Assembly (NCBI GenBank): GCA_035084275.1
Contig: CM068745.1
Coordinates: 41,788,001-41,852,000, forward strand
Source: Hydrolagus colliei
Lineage: Eukaryota
DNA: 64,000 nt
Reading direction: 5' to 3'
This document shows, in pieces, positions 1 to 11,393 of this stretch; position 1 is the stretch's first letter; every line of letters starts with the position of its first letter. Under the pieces are notes generated by a model. That model was not told where the DNA came from. It saw only the letters and a program-made list of their open reading frames with translations, and ran no database searches. The translations under genes and the position numbers were made by a program.

Positions 1-734
1 ACTGAAAAGTAATATGCTAACCGTCTAACAACCAGGTTCCTACTTACTGCCAGGTAAACTGGCATGGGATTAAAGAAATTTGCCTAATGTTTTACCCTGC
101 CTGAGATTCAAACCCTAGTCTTCTTATTGGTGAGGTGAGTGCTCTAACCAATATGCTATTTATATTATTCAATTAACTCAAATGTATCATCATATATATA
201 ATGCTGTATAATTATAATGTCAAACACTTAAAATTTCATCCAACTATTCCTAGACTACAAAATAACCATGTAAAAAATGATATGAAAATGATATAAAAGC
301 AACACTACCCTCTGTTGATGGGAGAGGAACAACAGTCATTTGAATTACAGAACAATAATAATCCTTCCATTTGATAATAGCACCTTGTCACCTGTTATTG
401 AGACATCGCAAGGCTCTTCCAGAATATCCTCTTAAGTGAATTAACTATAATTTAAGGCCAAAAGAAGAACCAAAACTTGCAGCAAACAAAAGTTAACCTG
501 TATCACTCATCGCACCCTTGACCAATAAGTCTACCATACATGCTATTACAAGATCACAAGATTAGTTTGGATAAGGAAACACCTTTGGCCTGTTGATCTC
601 ATCCTTACAGATTACTTCACCTATAGTCCCTCCTTCACAGCATCAAGTTATTTTTTAAACAAGTCCAGCGTACTCGCCTCAACCATCTTGGCAACCTGTT
701 CCAATCGTCAATTACCTTCCTAATCTTTCCTTAA

Positions 735-928
735 TTCCTTTGCCTCGCCCCCTCCCTGGCCTCTTTCAAGTCCCACCTCAAAATTCTCCTTTTTGATGGT
801 CCCATCGGCAACTCATAATGCCCCCCCATCCCTCCCCACCCCATCCCCAGCTCAGGGTCTGACACAGTTCAGTACCTTGGGACGTCCTCCTGACGTGAAA
901 AGCACTATACAAGTGTAATTTTGTTGGT
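735..928 (+). mobile_element. L2 3' tip
   Basis: Ends ttgggacgtcctcctgacgtgaaaagcactatac plus a tail. Confidence 0.75.
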
Positions 929-2584
929 GTATAGTATCTTCAAGGATTATCATATCTGTTCTGAAAATGCCTTTTGCAACTCTAAATTGATATCCTTTTG
1001 ATTTGCACCCTGGTGCATTTTAAAGATTTCAATTCAATTAAGAATTTTGTGCAGCTCTAGGAGATCCCTCTGAAGCAACTTCTCTCCAGATTGGAGACTG
1101 CTTGCTTGTCTAAACCAACACAAGAAATCATCCTAATTGCTCTCCTCTGCACTTGCTCTGGAGCCTGGGAAGGAGCTTTATGACGCCATGACCAGAATTG
1201 TACATTTTCAACTGTCCCAACAATTTGAATATTGCAAGTTTGATAATTAGAAACAAGTAAATATAGAAAATGTTGACTGTGTTCAGAGAAAATGAGAGAA
1301 AACTGGCATTAAATATAATCTTCTCAATAGGAATTAAATTGGATATGGGAAGAGGGGACAGGGGGGAGCACAGATACTTTCAATCAACTCTCTTAAATTA
1401 CTGACTGAACTCTTTTGACTGAAGAGTCCGGCATGGAGGGCGCTATATAAATCAAAGTTGTTGTTGTTAACATAGTTGAATAAAGATATCTGAGACAGTA
1501 GTTGAAAGACGCTATACAATTGTAATTTTGTTGTTGATTATTGTTGTTGTTCTTAATGAGAAGGTTATATTTGCATATCACTTTTTGTCACTTGCTTTAA
1601 ATATAGTCAACATTTTTTTATATGTACAAGTTCTAACTTACAATATCCAAATTGCCAGATCAATTGAAGCTGCATGACCTCTGATCAACCTCGATCTCAT
1701 TGCCTGGTGTATTTTTATTCTATCGAGGCTTGAGTTTGGTATCATTTGGCAACATCGTGAGTTTCCATGCTGCCTGACAGCCTCTGATGGTTTGTGGACA
1801 AGCTTGCTCTATTCAAAATGGCCTCTGTTTTCACAAATACATTATCTGAAACCTCATTTATATTTCAGCAGCAACAAATTACAATTATAGTTTACCCATC
1901 ACACAGAAATGCATCTTGGAGTACTGCAGTTATAGTTGATGTCAATAGGAATGAGGTTTTAGACCATGCATTGAAAACATAAATAGAATTTATGTTTATC
2001 AGAAAACAGTTATGTGCTGTTTACTCTTTACTTAAAATAGCTATGTAAAAAAAACCTATTTACTTCGGTCTTATTTGGCCCAATTATTCATTTTCAGCAC
2101 AAGAGCAAAAGATAAATATTTGATGTGGTTAGAAGCTGAACAAATCAAAATCAAAGGAATTGAAGGTGAGGAGACCTTTGTTGTATTTCTGAACTCTACA
2201 TCCTATGGTATTATACTGCCACTAAATGGCAATCAATGCTTACGCAAACTGCAGCCTACCCCAAATATAATGATAAATCTAAAATATCAATCCAATTGCA
2301 TTTAAAATTTGCTGAACAAGGAAATGTATGCATCTGGTACAGACTCGGCCAATGTATTGTTGAATTCAGTTTTAACTTTAAAGATTGTTTTCTGCAGTTC
2401 ATGAAAGAAATAACCAGTTTCAAAACTAATTCAAAATTCTACACTGCATTTAAGATTCTAACAAATTCTGCATGCCCTAAAATATTTTCTTAATAGAGCG
2501 AATCTGGACTCAAAATCTGGAATTTCTACCCACAGGTTTTCAATCAATGTTGTTGTTGGGAATACTGTATATAATTTACATTGT

Positions 2585-2902
2585 GGATTCCTGTAGCTCA
2601 GTGGTTAGAGCACTCGCCTTGCAAGCAAGCAACTGGATTCAATTCCAGGCAGGGTGAAACCTTGGGAAAGTTTCCTTACTCCACACATCTAATAATAATC
2701 CCTTAATAATAATAATAATTTGTTAATTTCAATCCACGACTGTTTGTGAGACCCTGCTTGTGTGTAATTGGTTCCTGGGTTTTGCCCACAATATACATAG
2801 TCATTTTATACACAATTCACTTTACAGTATATTCTTTGAAACGCTTTGAGACATCTCGAAGGCATGAAAAGCACTATATCAAATTCAAGGATTATTATTA
2901 TT
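2585..2902 (+). mobile_element. tRNA-derived SINE with L2-like 3' end and (ATT)n tail, copy-A-specific
   Basis: A box tagctcagtgg, B box ggattcaattcc. Absent at the homologous site of copy B (~22930). Confidence 0.88.
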
Positions 2903-2999
2903 TTATTTCAACAGTAACACCCTTCATATGAACAACATTAGAGAACTTCTCAGTAATTTTGAGCTTCTGGTTGGAATTATAGTTGATCATTGATACACT

Positions 3000-3176
3000 G
3001 TGTTGTAGGCTTGCAACTCTGCATTGAATTCATTAATTGCTTCAAATTTCTGTAGGTCCTGTTCATGTAAACTTAAAGGTCACATATCTACAACTTCCTC
3101 CCCACATTACCATTATGTAACCTAAACAAAGCCATTCTATTCAGAGCGCAGGAAGACCAGAAATAGCTTGTAAGTA
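3000..3176 (+). promoter_or_regulatory. Candidate promoter and non-coding first exon (copy A)
   Basis: Same motifs as copy B, with donor gtaagta at 3170. Confidence 0.4.
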
Positions 3177-5349
3177 TATCCTGTAGTTCCTCATAATAAT
3201 TTTTTTTCATTTAACTATTGCTTCACCATTAATGTTGAGGATTTGCATTCCTGATAACATTTATGTTATTAGACTTTTCTTAAGGTAAGATTCCTAGTGT
3301 GCGGGATTTTGCAACAGTACAAATGCGTCCTGTTTATTTATTTACATTCTCAGTGAGATTCCCAGACAGGACGGTTATACACTTGCCACTCAGGCTCTGG
3401 TTTTACTTCCAGCCCACATTATTACTCCAGGCAGTTTTTTGGGAGGAGATGCTGAGATGCATTGTCGGAGGTGCCATTCTTCTGCTGAGCTATTGAACTA
3501 AAATCCCATCTACCTTTGCGGGTGGACATTAAAGAATCTACTACACCATTTGAAAAGAGAAGGAAATCTTTTCCTTTTCATGGTCAACCAAACCCGATAA
3601 AGTTGGTCATTCACCTCACCACTGTGGACATGTCTATGCGCAAGTTTGTGGTCATACTCACTTGCAAAATGCATAGGCACTCACATTTCAGTAAATCCAT
3701 GTAGTGCTTTGTAATATGAATATGAAACATATGTATACAAACCTAAACAAATAAGAACTGAAACTGAAGTGAAAATGCAAAAGGTCAGTCCATTCTGAGA
3801 ATACCCACTAGACAACCAAAGATGTTGGAAGGAAGTGAGTCATTTCATCAAATTTGTTAGATTTGAAGTGTTTCATAGAATATACCGAAAAGTGCAGTGA
3901 TTCTGTGAGGTGGAGCGCCTTGGGGCGTCCACCCGACATAAAAGGCGCATTAGAAATGTAATTTTGTTGTTGTTGTGTGGCTAAATACAGTAGTCTATTT
4001 GTGCCCAACAACAATCCACAAACATGCATGAAATTAATCATCAATTTTATTTGGAGAATTGGTTGCCAAAACACTGGGAGAAACTCCCCTCTGCCCTGGG
4101 TTCTCATCAGCACCTTCCGATCTCAGACTCTGACAGCATCAATAAAATAGGATGCACTCTCAGTAGACAGCCTCTGGGTTTTGTTCGCCTCCCAAAATAA
4201 ACATGACCAATTTTACATAAATACACATCTTTACAGCGCATGACTTTGTTTTTGCAAACAGTAAACTTAATCACCCTGCACTACATACACACACACAAAC
4301 ACACATGCACACACTCCTACAAACATGCACATACACTGAATCTAGTAGTGGACAGTTGCTACATAGCACAGCACAGCTATGTAGTCCAAAGATTCTAAAA
4401 ACGTAAACATGAACCAAGTGCCATTGAGCAAAACAGTTTTTTTATTTAAGAATTTGATGGACATACATAAAGAAACAGTTTCAGTATTTTGCACATAAAA
4501 AATGCAGTATATTATTACCTCAGAGCTTTTAAATAACTTCAAATCTAACAAGTTTGAAAGAAAAATGAAGAAACTCCCTGCTGATTCCTTAAAATATGAA
4601 ACACTTAAAACAGCAACAACAAAATTACATTTGTAGAGTGCCTTTCACGTTAGGAGGACGTCCCAAGGCACTGGGATATCTTACAGTGAGGTTGATAAAG
4701 TGAACATAAGTTACCCGGGAGTAAAAGCATAATGAGGGTGGTTGTTAAGACCAAAATTGTCCATAGTCTTCTCTTCAAAGACTCCATTGCAACATTCACT
4801 GCTTTACTTGCCTGAAACCTTATGTTGAGGAATTTTGTTTGATCTCTCTTTTAAAATTCTTTGGTAGATACCACTCAAGGTGAGGAGAACTGAAGTAGAT
4901 AAAAATCTAAATTCTCAGATCTGATGTAAGTATCCTGTTCTAAGTGAGATAAACCTTCTTAACGCATTAGGAGAAGTTGCAAAGTTGCATCATGCTTCAG
5001 ATTGAATGAGAGAATGGATTAATTATCTTGAGGATAGTCAAGTGTCTGACACACATGAAAATCCATCACAGTGTTGAGTCTCCAAACTAAACTACTGAGC
5101 AATACATATATTGTAACTAACTTTGGAAGTGCGGAAGCTGCTAATGGAGGATAATTCAGGCTTTAACACGTAAACATGGTGAGTAAACCCACAGGTCACT
5201 CTGTCTTTTCTGGACTGCAACAAGCGAGCAGGTCATGCTATTTGAGGCTGTAAAGTAGGGGGATAAAGGACGCCTGCAGTCTATAGTAGGGTAGATACAT
5301 TGGCTGATAACTAGCAAATTATATTGCATCCATGTATATAGCACCATTC

Positions 5350-5860
5350 AAATCAAGTGGATGTTCCTAGGCACTGGACAGTTGAGGGTTTGCACCCGAC
5401 CTGGGAATTGGATTCAAGAGAGATAAAGGAGAAGGGGCATAATGTGGGAATATGATTGAAGGCGAGGTCAACAAGGAAGGTCCTTAAGATGGACCTTGCA
5501 GTGTGAGGCAATGGACTCAAAGGGAGGGCTTTACAAGTAAGAACATGGATCTGAAACTTCATTATCTGGGGGATGGAAACCAGTGGAGCGGGGTGAAGAT
5601 AAAGGTCATAGGGTCACAAATTTGGTGTGGGGAAGATCATGGACTGCAGAAAGGTGCTGTACAAATGTAATTTTTTTGTCTTTTTCATTCTCAATAATCT
5701 GCAGATTGTGGAGGGAAGAGTTGGGAATTCTGGTGGGCAGGAAGATCTGCCCACCAGAAAACATGAGGGTCTCGGGAGCCCAAGGTTGTGTCAGAGGGAG
5801 GCTATGTTGTGGAGGTGGGTGAAGGCTGAATGGGTCAAGGCATGGATGTGGGGTTTAAAG
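5350..5860 (-). mobile_element. Old L2 fragment inside the inverted segment, counterpart of 26510-27060 (+)
   Basis: Reverse-complement match to 26510-27060. Confidence 0.75.
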
Positions 5861-6414
5861 CGCAGTTGGGAGTCGAACAAAACCCAGAGGCTGTTGTTAA
5901 AAAATATAATTAAGAGAAAATTATGCAGTCACACTTATGGTATCACAACAAGCTGGGCTCAGTAGTAGGTCAGAAGATTCAAGGAATTTTAGTAGTAGAA
6001 TTGAATTGTCAAAATAAATAATTACAAGTTCAGATCTCAGCCTTTTACACATCCACCTTTGAAGCTCTGTGATTTAATTTAGAGAATAAAAGAGCAATAC
6101 AGTGTGATCTTTGTTAGTTAATCTGCTACATCTTTTTTAGTCTCTGAGCTGTTCATTGGTGTTCTTTGGTGTGATTCTTTTGCTCCCTATTTCTTCCTTG
6201 AGTCTCATCATAAGGTCTTCTTTGTCAGCCCTTTCTACAGTGTTACTGTTCTTTAGTAGCTTATAGGTCAAATTTAAGGCTTGAACAAAGGCCTGTCTTA
6301 CTAAAGTCGGCCTATCAGAGTAGTCTGTCACTTTAAGAGCCTTTTTCCTGTTCAATCTTACTCTGACTTTTTTTCACCTCACCTAGTTCTCATTTCTTAC
6401 TTTCTAAGAATAGA

Positions 6415-7096
6415 TTATTTTCTAGAGGGGGAGAAGATAGATAGTGTTAGTGTTCAAAGGGATTTGGGTGTCCTTGTACACCAGTCCCAAAAAATTAGTT
6501 TGCAGGTGCAGCAAGCAACTAAGAAGGCGAACGGCATGCTAGCGTTCATTTCAAAAGGTTTAGAGTACAAGAGTAGGGAAGTCTTGCTGCAACTGTATAG
6601 GGCTTTGGTGAGACCGCACCTAGAGTATTGTGTGCAGTTTTGGTCTCCTTATTTAAAAAAAAGGACATACTTTCCTTAGAGGGGGTGTAGCATAGATTCA
6701 CTAGGTTAGTTCCTGGGATGAGGGGACTGACCTATGAGGATAGGTTGAATAAACTAGGGCTGTATTCTCTAGAGTACAGAAGAATTAGGGGGGATCTTAT
6801 TGAAACATATAAGATTCTTAAAGGGCTAGATAAAGTAGACACTGAGGGACTGTTTCCCCTGGTAGGAGAATCTATAACCAGGGGTCACAGTCTTAAAATT
6901 AAGGGTCAGCCTTTTAGAACAGAGTTGAGGAAACATTTCTTCACTCAGAGGGTAGTGGAATTCACTACCCCAGAAGGCTGTAGATGCTCAGTCCTTGAGA
7001 CTGATAGGTTTTTGAAAAATAGAGGGATTAGGGGATATGGGGATAGGGCAGGTAATTAAGAGTTAGGTCAGAACATCAGCCATGATCTTATCAAAT
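6415..7096 (+). mobile_element. CR1-clade LINE 3' fragment running into the gap
   Basis: KANGMLAFI...LYRALVRPHLEYCVQFWSP and RIRGDLIETYKI are CR1 ORF2 C-terminal motifs. Confidence 0.92.
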
Positions 7097-7376
7097 NNNN
7101 NNNNNNNNNNNNNNNNNNNNNNNNNNNNNNNNNNNNNNNNNNNNNNNNNNNNNNNNNNNNNNNNNNNNNNNNNNNNNNNNNNNNNNNNNNNNNNNNNNNN
7201 NNNNNNNNNNNNNNNNNNNNNNNNNNNNNNNNNNNNNNNNNNNNNNNNNNNNNNNNNNNNNNNNNNNNNNNNNNNNNNNNNNNNNNNNNNNNNNNNNNNN
7301 NNNNNNNNNNNNNNNNNNNNNNNNNNNNNNNNNNNNNNNNNNNNNNNNNNNNNNNNNNNNNNNNNNNNNNNNNNNN
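7097..7376. other. Assembly gap (280 N)
   Basis: Run of N. Confidence 1.
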
Positions 7377-7404
7377 AAGTGTGAGAGAACTCAAGGGAGA
7401 AAGA

Positions 7405-7426
7405 GAGAGAGAGAGAGAGAGAGAGA
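7405..7426. repeat. (GA)n microsatellite
   Basis: Direct reading. Confidence 0.9.
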
Positions 7427-7919
7427 AAATATGTGGAAGACAGCTCATAGACCTGGTAATTATTCTTGGATTTGAGTAGAATACACCATCACAATGTATA
7501 TGTAGAAGGACTGGAGTTAGTAATAATAAAAAATATTAATCCTCTCAATGCGGGAAATGTAGGGGAAGGCGTATCATCTTCTCCGTTCTTTTTATTTCCA
7601 TGCTTTCAGCCACTACACCCAGAAACTTTGGATCTCCCTCCCTTAACCCCTTTGCCTAATCCCCTCCTTTCCCGTCTTCAACTTGCACTTTAAGACCTTT
7701 CTCTTCAACCACGCTTACAGTCATCTTCTCCATCCCACTGCTCGGCCTTGGGCTCCGCCATTGTGAAGCACTCCGAGAACCTGCCCAGCGTGGAGGATGC
7801 TATATCAATGTAAGTCTTTGGTGTTGTTGTTATGGATTGGGGGAAATCTTTTTTTAAAACAAAGCAGATTAATGCAGTATTGTGACAAAGGCTGGTGTGG
7901 GTTGGGAAGGGCTGGGAGA

Positions 7920-9480
7920 AACAACAACAACTTCGATTTATATAGCGCCCTCCATGCCGGCATCTCAGAGCACTTTAAATAGTGGATCCCAGGACCGAGC
8001 CAGGGGCAGGGGTAGAAAGGTGACCAAGGGTGCGGTCGAAGAGAAAGCTCTTCAGCTGGGACCTGAAACTGAGAAAAGAGGGGGCAAGACGAAGGTAGTG
8101 AGGGAGGGAATTCCAGAGCCTCAGGGCATAGTGGCTGAAGGCCCACTGCGGAGGGTGGAGCAGAGCCAGACCCGGTGGAGCGAAGGCAACGGGAGCTGTT
8201 AGAGGAGAGAGGAGGTCAGAGAGGTAGGTGGGTGCAGAGGAGTGGAGGGATTTGAAAACAAGGGTGAGGATCTTGAAGTCGATCCTCTCGGGGATAGGGA
8301 GCCAGTGAAGTCTGGCAAGGACTGGGGTAATGGGGGAGCGAAGTTTGGTGCGGGTGAGTATGCAGGCAGCAGAGTTTTGGATGAGTTGGATTTTATGGAT
8401 TGTGGTGAAGGGGAGACTGGCGAGGAGGGCATTTGAATAGTCAGCCGTGAGGTGACGAAGGCGTGGACCAGGGTTTCAGTGGCGTTTGAGGTGAGGTATT
8501 GCCGGAGAAGGGCGATCCGCCGGAGGTGGAAGAAGGCGATGCTGGTGAGGGACCGGATGTGGGGGAGGAAGGACAGTTGGGGGTCGAACCTGATGCCAAG
8601 GTTGCGCACACGTTTGGAGAGTTTCAGGGGGAGACCAGGAAGGTGGAGAAGGTGAGAGCCATGTGAATGGAAACGTTGACGAGAGCCAAAGAGTATGGCC
8701 TCCGTCTTGTCAACATTCAGCTGCAAGAAATTTGCACTCATCCAGCTCCTGATGCCTGACAGGCAGGCTCACAGAACATCAGGGGACTGGGGGTCGCAAA
8801 GTGAAGTGGAGAAATAGAGTTGCGTGTCATCCACATACATGTGGAAGTGTGCCCCATGACTATGGATGACATCCCTAAGAGGGAGCGTATAGATGAGGAA
8901 AAGGAGAGGGCCAAGGATGGATCCCTGGGGTACCCCACAGGTAACTGGGTAAGAGCAGGAGGAAAAGCCGTTTGTGGAGATGTACTGCTGGCGGTTTGTG
9001 AGGTAGGACTAGCACCAGGCGAGTGCAGTCCCACTGAGGTGGATGACAGAGGACAGGCGGTGAAGGAGGATGGTGTGGTCGACTGTGTTGAACGCAGCGG
9101 ACGGTTCCAGGAGGATAAGGAGACAGAGGGAGCCCTGGTCACAGATAGAGAGGACGTCGTTTGTGATTTTCACAAGCACAGTCTCTGTATTGTGGGCAGA
9201 GCGGAAACCGGACTGAAGGGGTTCGAAGAGGGAGTGGCAGGAGAGGTGGGCGCAGAGTTGGTTGGCAACAATGCGTTCCAGTGCTTTTGAAAGGAAGGGC
9301 AGGTTAGAAATAGGGCGTTAGTGACTAGGGTTTGAGGGATCTAAGGAGAGTTTCTTAAGGAGTGGGGTGATGGCAGCAGTTGTGAAGGGGGCAGGGACTG
9401 ATCCCGTGGAGAGGAACTGGTTGATGATATCAGCCAGCAGTGGTCAGAGGAGAGGGAGCTGGGTGAGCAGTATGTTGCAG
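7920..9480 (-). mobile_element. L2-clade LINE (second subfamily), copy-A-specific insertion
   Basis: RT C-terminal motifs (FLQLNVDKTEAILFGS, LGIRFDPQLSF). Absent at the homologous site of copy B (~35575). Confidence 0.93.
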
Positions 9481-9687
9481 GGTAAGGGCAATTTGATAGT
9501 TGATATTGGAATGCTGAAGGGTTTTTTCACCAATGGCAGAATGGGTGTAATGTGCTGAGAATCCAGAAACCGTCAACATTAGTCCACAAAATTCAGTGAT
9601 GGAAAAATTTGGTGAGGAGAATTCTCTAAACTAGCCTAACCAGACCACTTGGCCTGAGTGTGAGAATGAGTTGAAGTAATTTATATA

Positions 9688-10249
9688 AGTAGACCCTTGC
9701 CGAATGCGGGGGTTACATTCCTGGAAAACTCGGTAAAATCGCGTTCGGTAAGCTTAATCAGTAATGGGAAAAAAAGGGTTAGGGGAATCTATCCACAGGC
9801 TATCCAACCTCTAGCCTCGAGGCACATCCACAACCGACCAACGCAAGGTACATACGGAGGTGGGCTACAGCCGGCTGGCCCACTCTCCCCGCTCTCACTG
9901 ACTCACTGGAGACAATAAAACAGCACCTTATATTACCACAGCTTGGCTAAATTATTTTACCTTTGGTCCTGGAAGTGTTGGGAGATTCTCTCTTTCTCTC
10001 TCTCTTTCTTTCTCTCTGTCTCTTCTGTTTACCATGCAATGCCATCAGGTTATTCCGAGGCTGAGGAAAGTGTGTCCTCCCAAGTGTACATTGCGCGGAG
10101 TCGGCATCCTCCCAAATGTGCATGCGCGCGGGGCCAGCCAGCGCCTATACGCAAATTTTACTCGCGTTACGCAAAAATGTGCCGCATTTATTTTTTCGCG
10201 TTTAGGCAAATCCATACTCAAGAAAGTCGCGTTTGACAAGGGTTGACTG
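9688..10249. mobile_element. Tigger/pogo-like non-autonomous DNA transposon upstream of V exon A
   Basis: Imperfect TIRs (agtagacccttgccgaatgcg / cagtcaacccttgtcaaacgcg), TA flanks, CpG-rich. Copy B keeps only the right part. Confidence 0.65.
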
Positions 10250-10271
10250 TATATGTGTATTTTTTCTCTAG

Positions 10272-10625
10272 CTGTTTTAACTACGGGAAATGGAAATGCC
10301 ATGGAATATATACAAACACTGAGCAGCAATGTCACCTTGAATTGTTCAAAACCTTACATAAATCCAACGTTAATTGTATGGTACAAAAGTGATCTGTTTG
10401 GAGTAAAAGAATACAAGTGTATAATAATTCAGGATTGCTCATCAAATAGAATCCATACAAATTATACCACCAGAGTAACAATTCCAAATACAACTTGTAA
10501 TTTACCAAGTAAAGATTTTTATCTTCAGATTGAGTCTGCAGACTTGACTGATGAAGGGAATTACAAATGTGAAATTGCAACTCAAGATGGAACTTTTTCT
10601 GAAACCTTTTCGTTAACAGTCATAG
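10272..10625 (+). CDS. Orphan Ig V-set exon (copy A), paralogue of 36231-36584
   Basis: Same acceptor and donor, 354 nt, no stop or indel, 23 nt differences from copy B. No C2 or TM exon was found between 10.7 and 20.3 kb. Whether it is expressed is unknown. Confidence 0.75.
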
Positions 10626-11393
10626 GTAAGAATACTTGTGCTGGAATCTTCCCATTACCAATTTTACTACATATCACTTACAAATATAGTCAATTAACTT
10701 TACAGTATATTTTGTGTGAAGTGCTTTGAGGGGTAAATTATGAGATTCTATACTGAGGCTAGCTGGTTAAATGACACCACAAACTTCAATTTAGTGCCTT
10801 AACGTTTATTTCAAAAATTCACTTTGAATTTCAAAGTCAGTGTGATCACAGCCATGGGGAACTCAATGTCTTTAATTATAAAAAAGGTAGAAATTTAAAT
10901 GGAATTGTAGTAGTGCTAGAGCATTACACAACATGATTTTCATTTCGAATTTGTTAATCCTACCTGAGTTGTTTGTGGAAGCAACACTTGGCTATAGCTA
11001 ATGCCATGCACAGAAGACACATGCTATACAGGACAATAGCACGGATCACAAATGGCGATATCTCTGGAATCTATAAAAGATGGCACTAATTAGCTATTTT
11101 ATTGCATGTTTGCCATTTTAGGAACATTTTGATGAGAGATTTCTCTCTAAAAATATAGATATGCTTTTATTATTATAAAAAGAACTACAGCTATGTTTCA
11201 ATTCTTAGTTGCTTGCTGTATCTGCAAACTAATTTTTTGCGACTGGTGTACAATGACACCCAAATCCTTCTGAACACTAACACTATTTAATCTATCCCTT
11301 TCTTGAAAATAATCTGTTTTTCTATTTTTGCTACCTATTTGAATAACTTCATACTTCCCCACATTAAATTCCATCTGCCACCTACTTTACCCC

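Larger units (their letters stand above)
1..10665 (+). repeat. Segmental duplicate unit A (partial copy of the 5' half of the receptor gene)
   Basis: Collinear similarity (roughly 80-88% by eye) of 1-4195 to ~20290-26505, 6140-6410 to 32970-33330, and 7377-10665 to 35070-36624. The left end lies outside the window. Confidence 0.9.

Noticed and set aside
2585-2660. tRNA genes at SINE heads (also 53461, 59778, 62818)
   Set aside because: A and B boxes are present, but the sequence runs into SINE bodies and lacks a complete cloverleaf.
4870-4881. 12-nt micro-exon ataccactcaag with good splice sites
   Set aside because: It lies in the derived inverted orientation, and the donor is absent in copy B.
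7097-7376. Missing exons of copy A hidden in the gap
   Set aside because: The gap is upstream of V(A), so it cannot hold C2 or TM exons. The leader-homologous position is ~3.6-3.7 kb, not the gap. A micro-exon there cannot be excluded.
7068-7448. ORFs of 100 and 126 aa
   Set aside because: Artefacts of the N gap.
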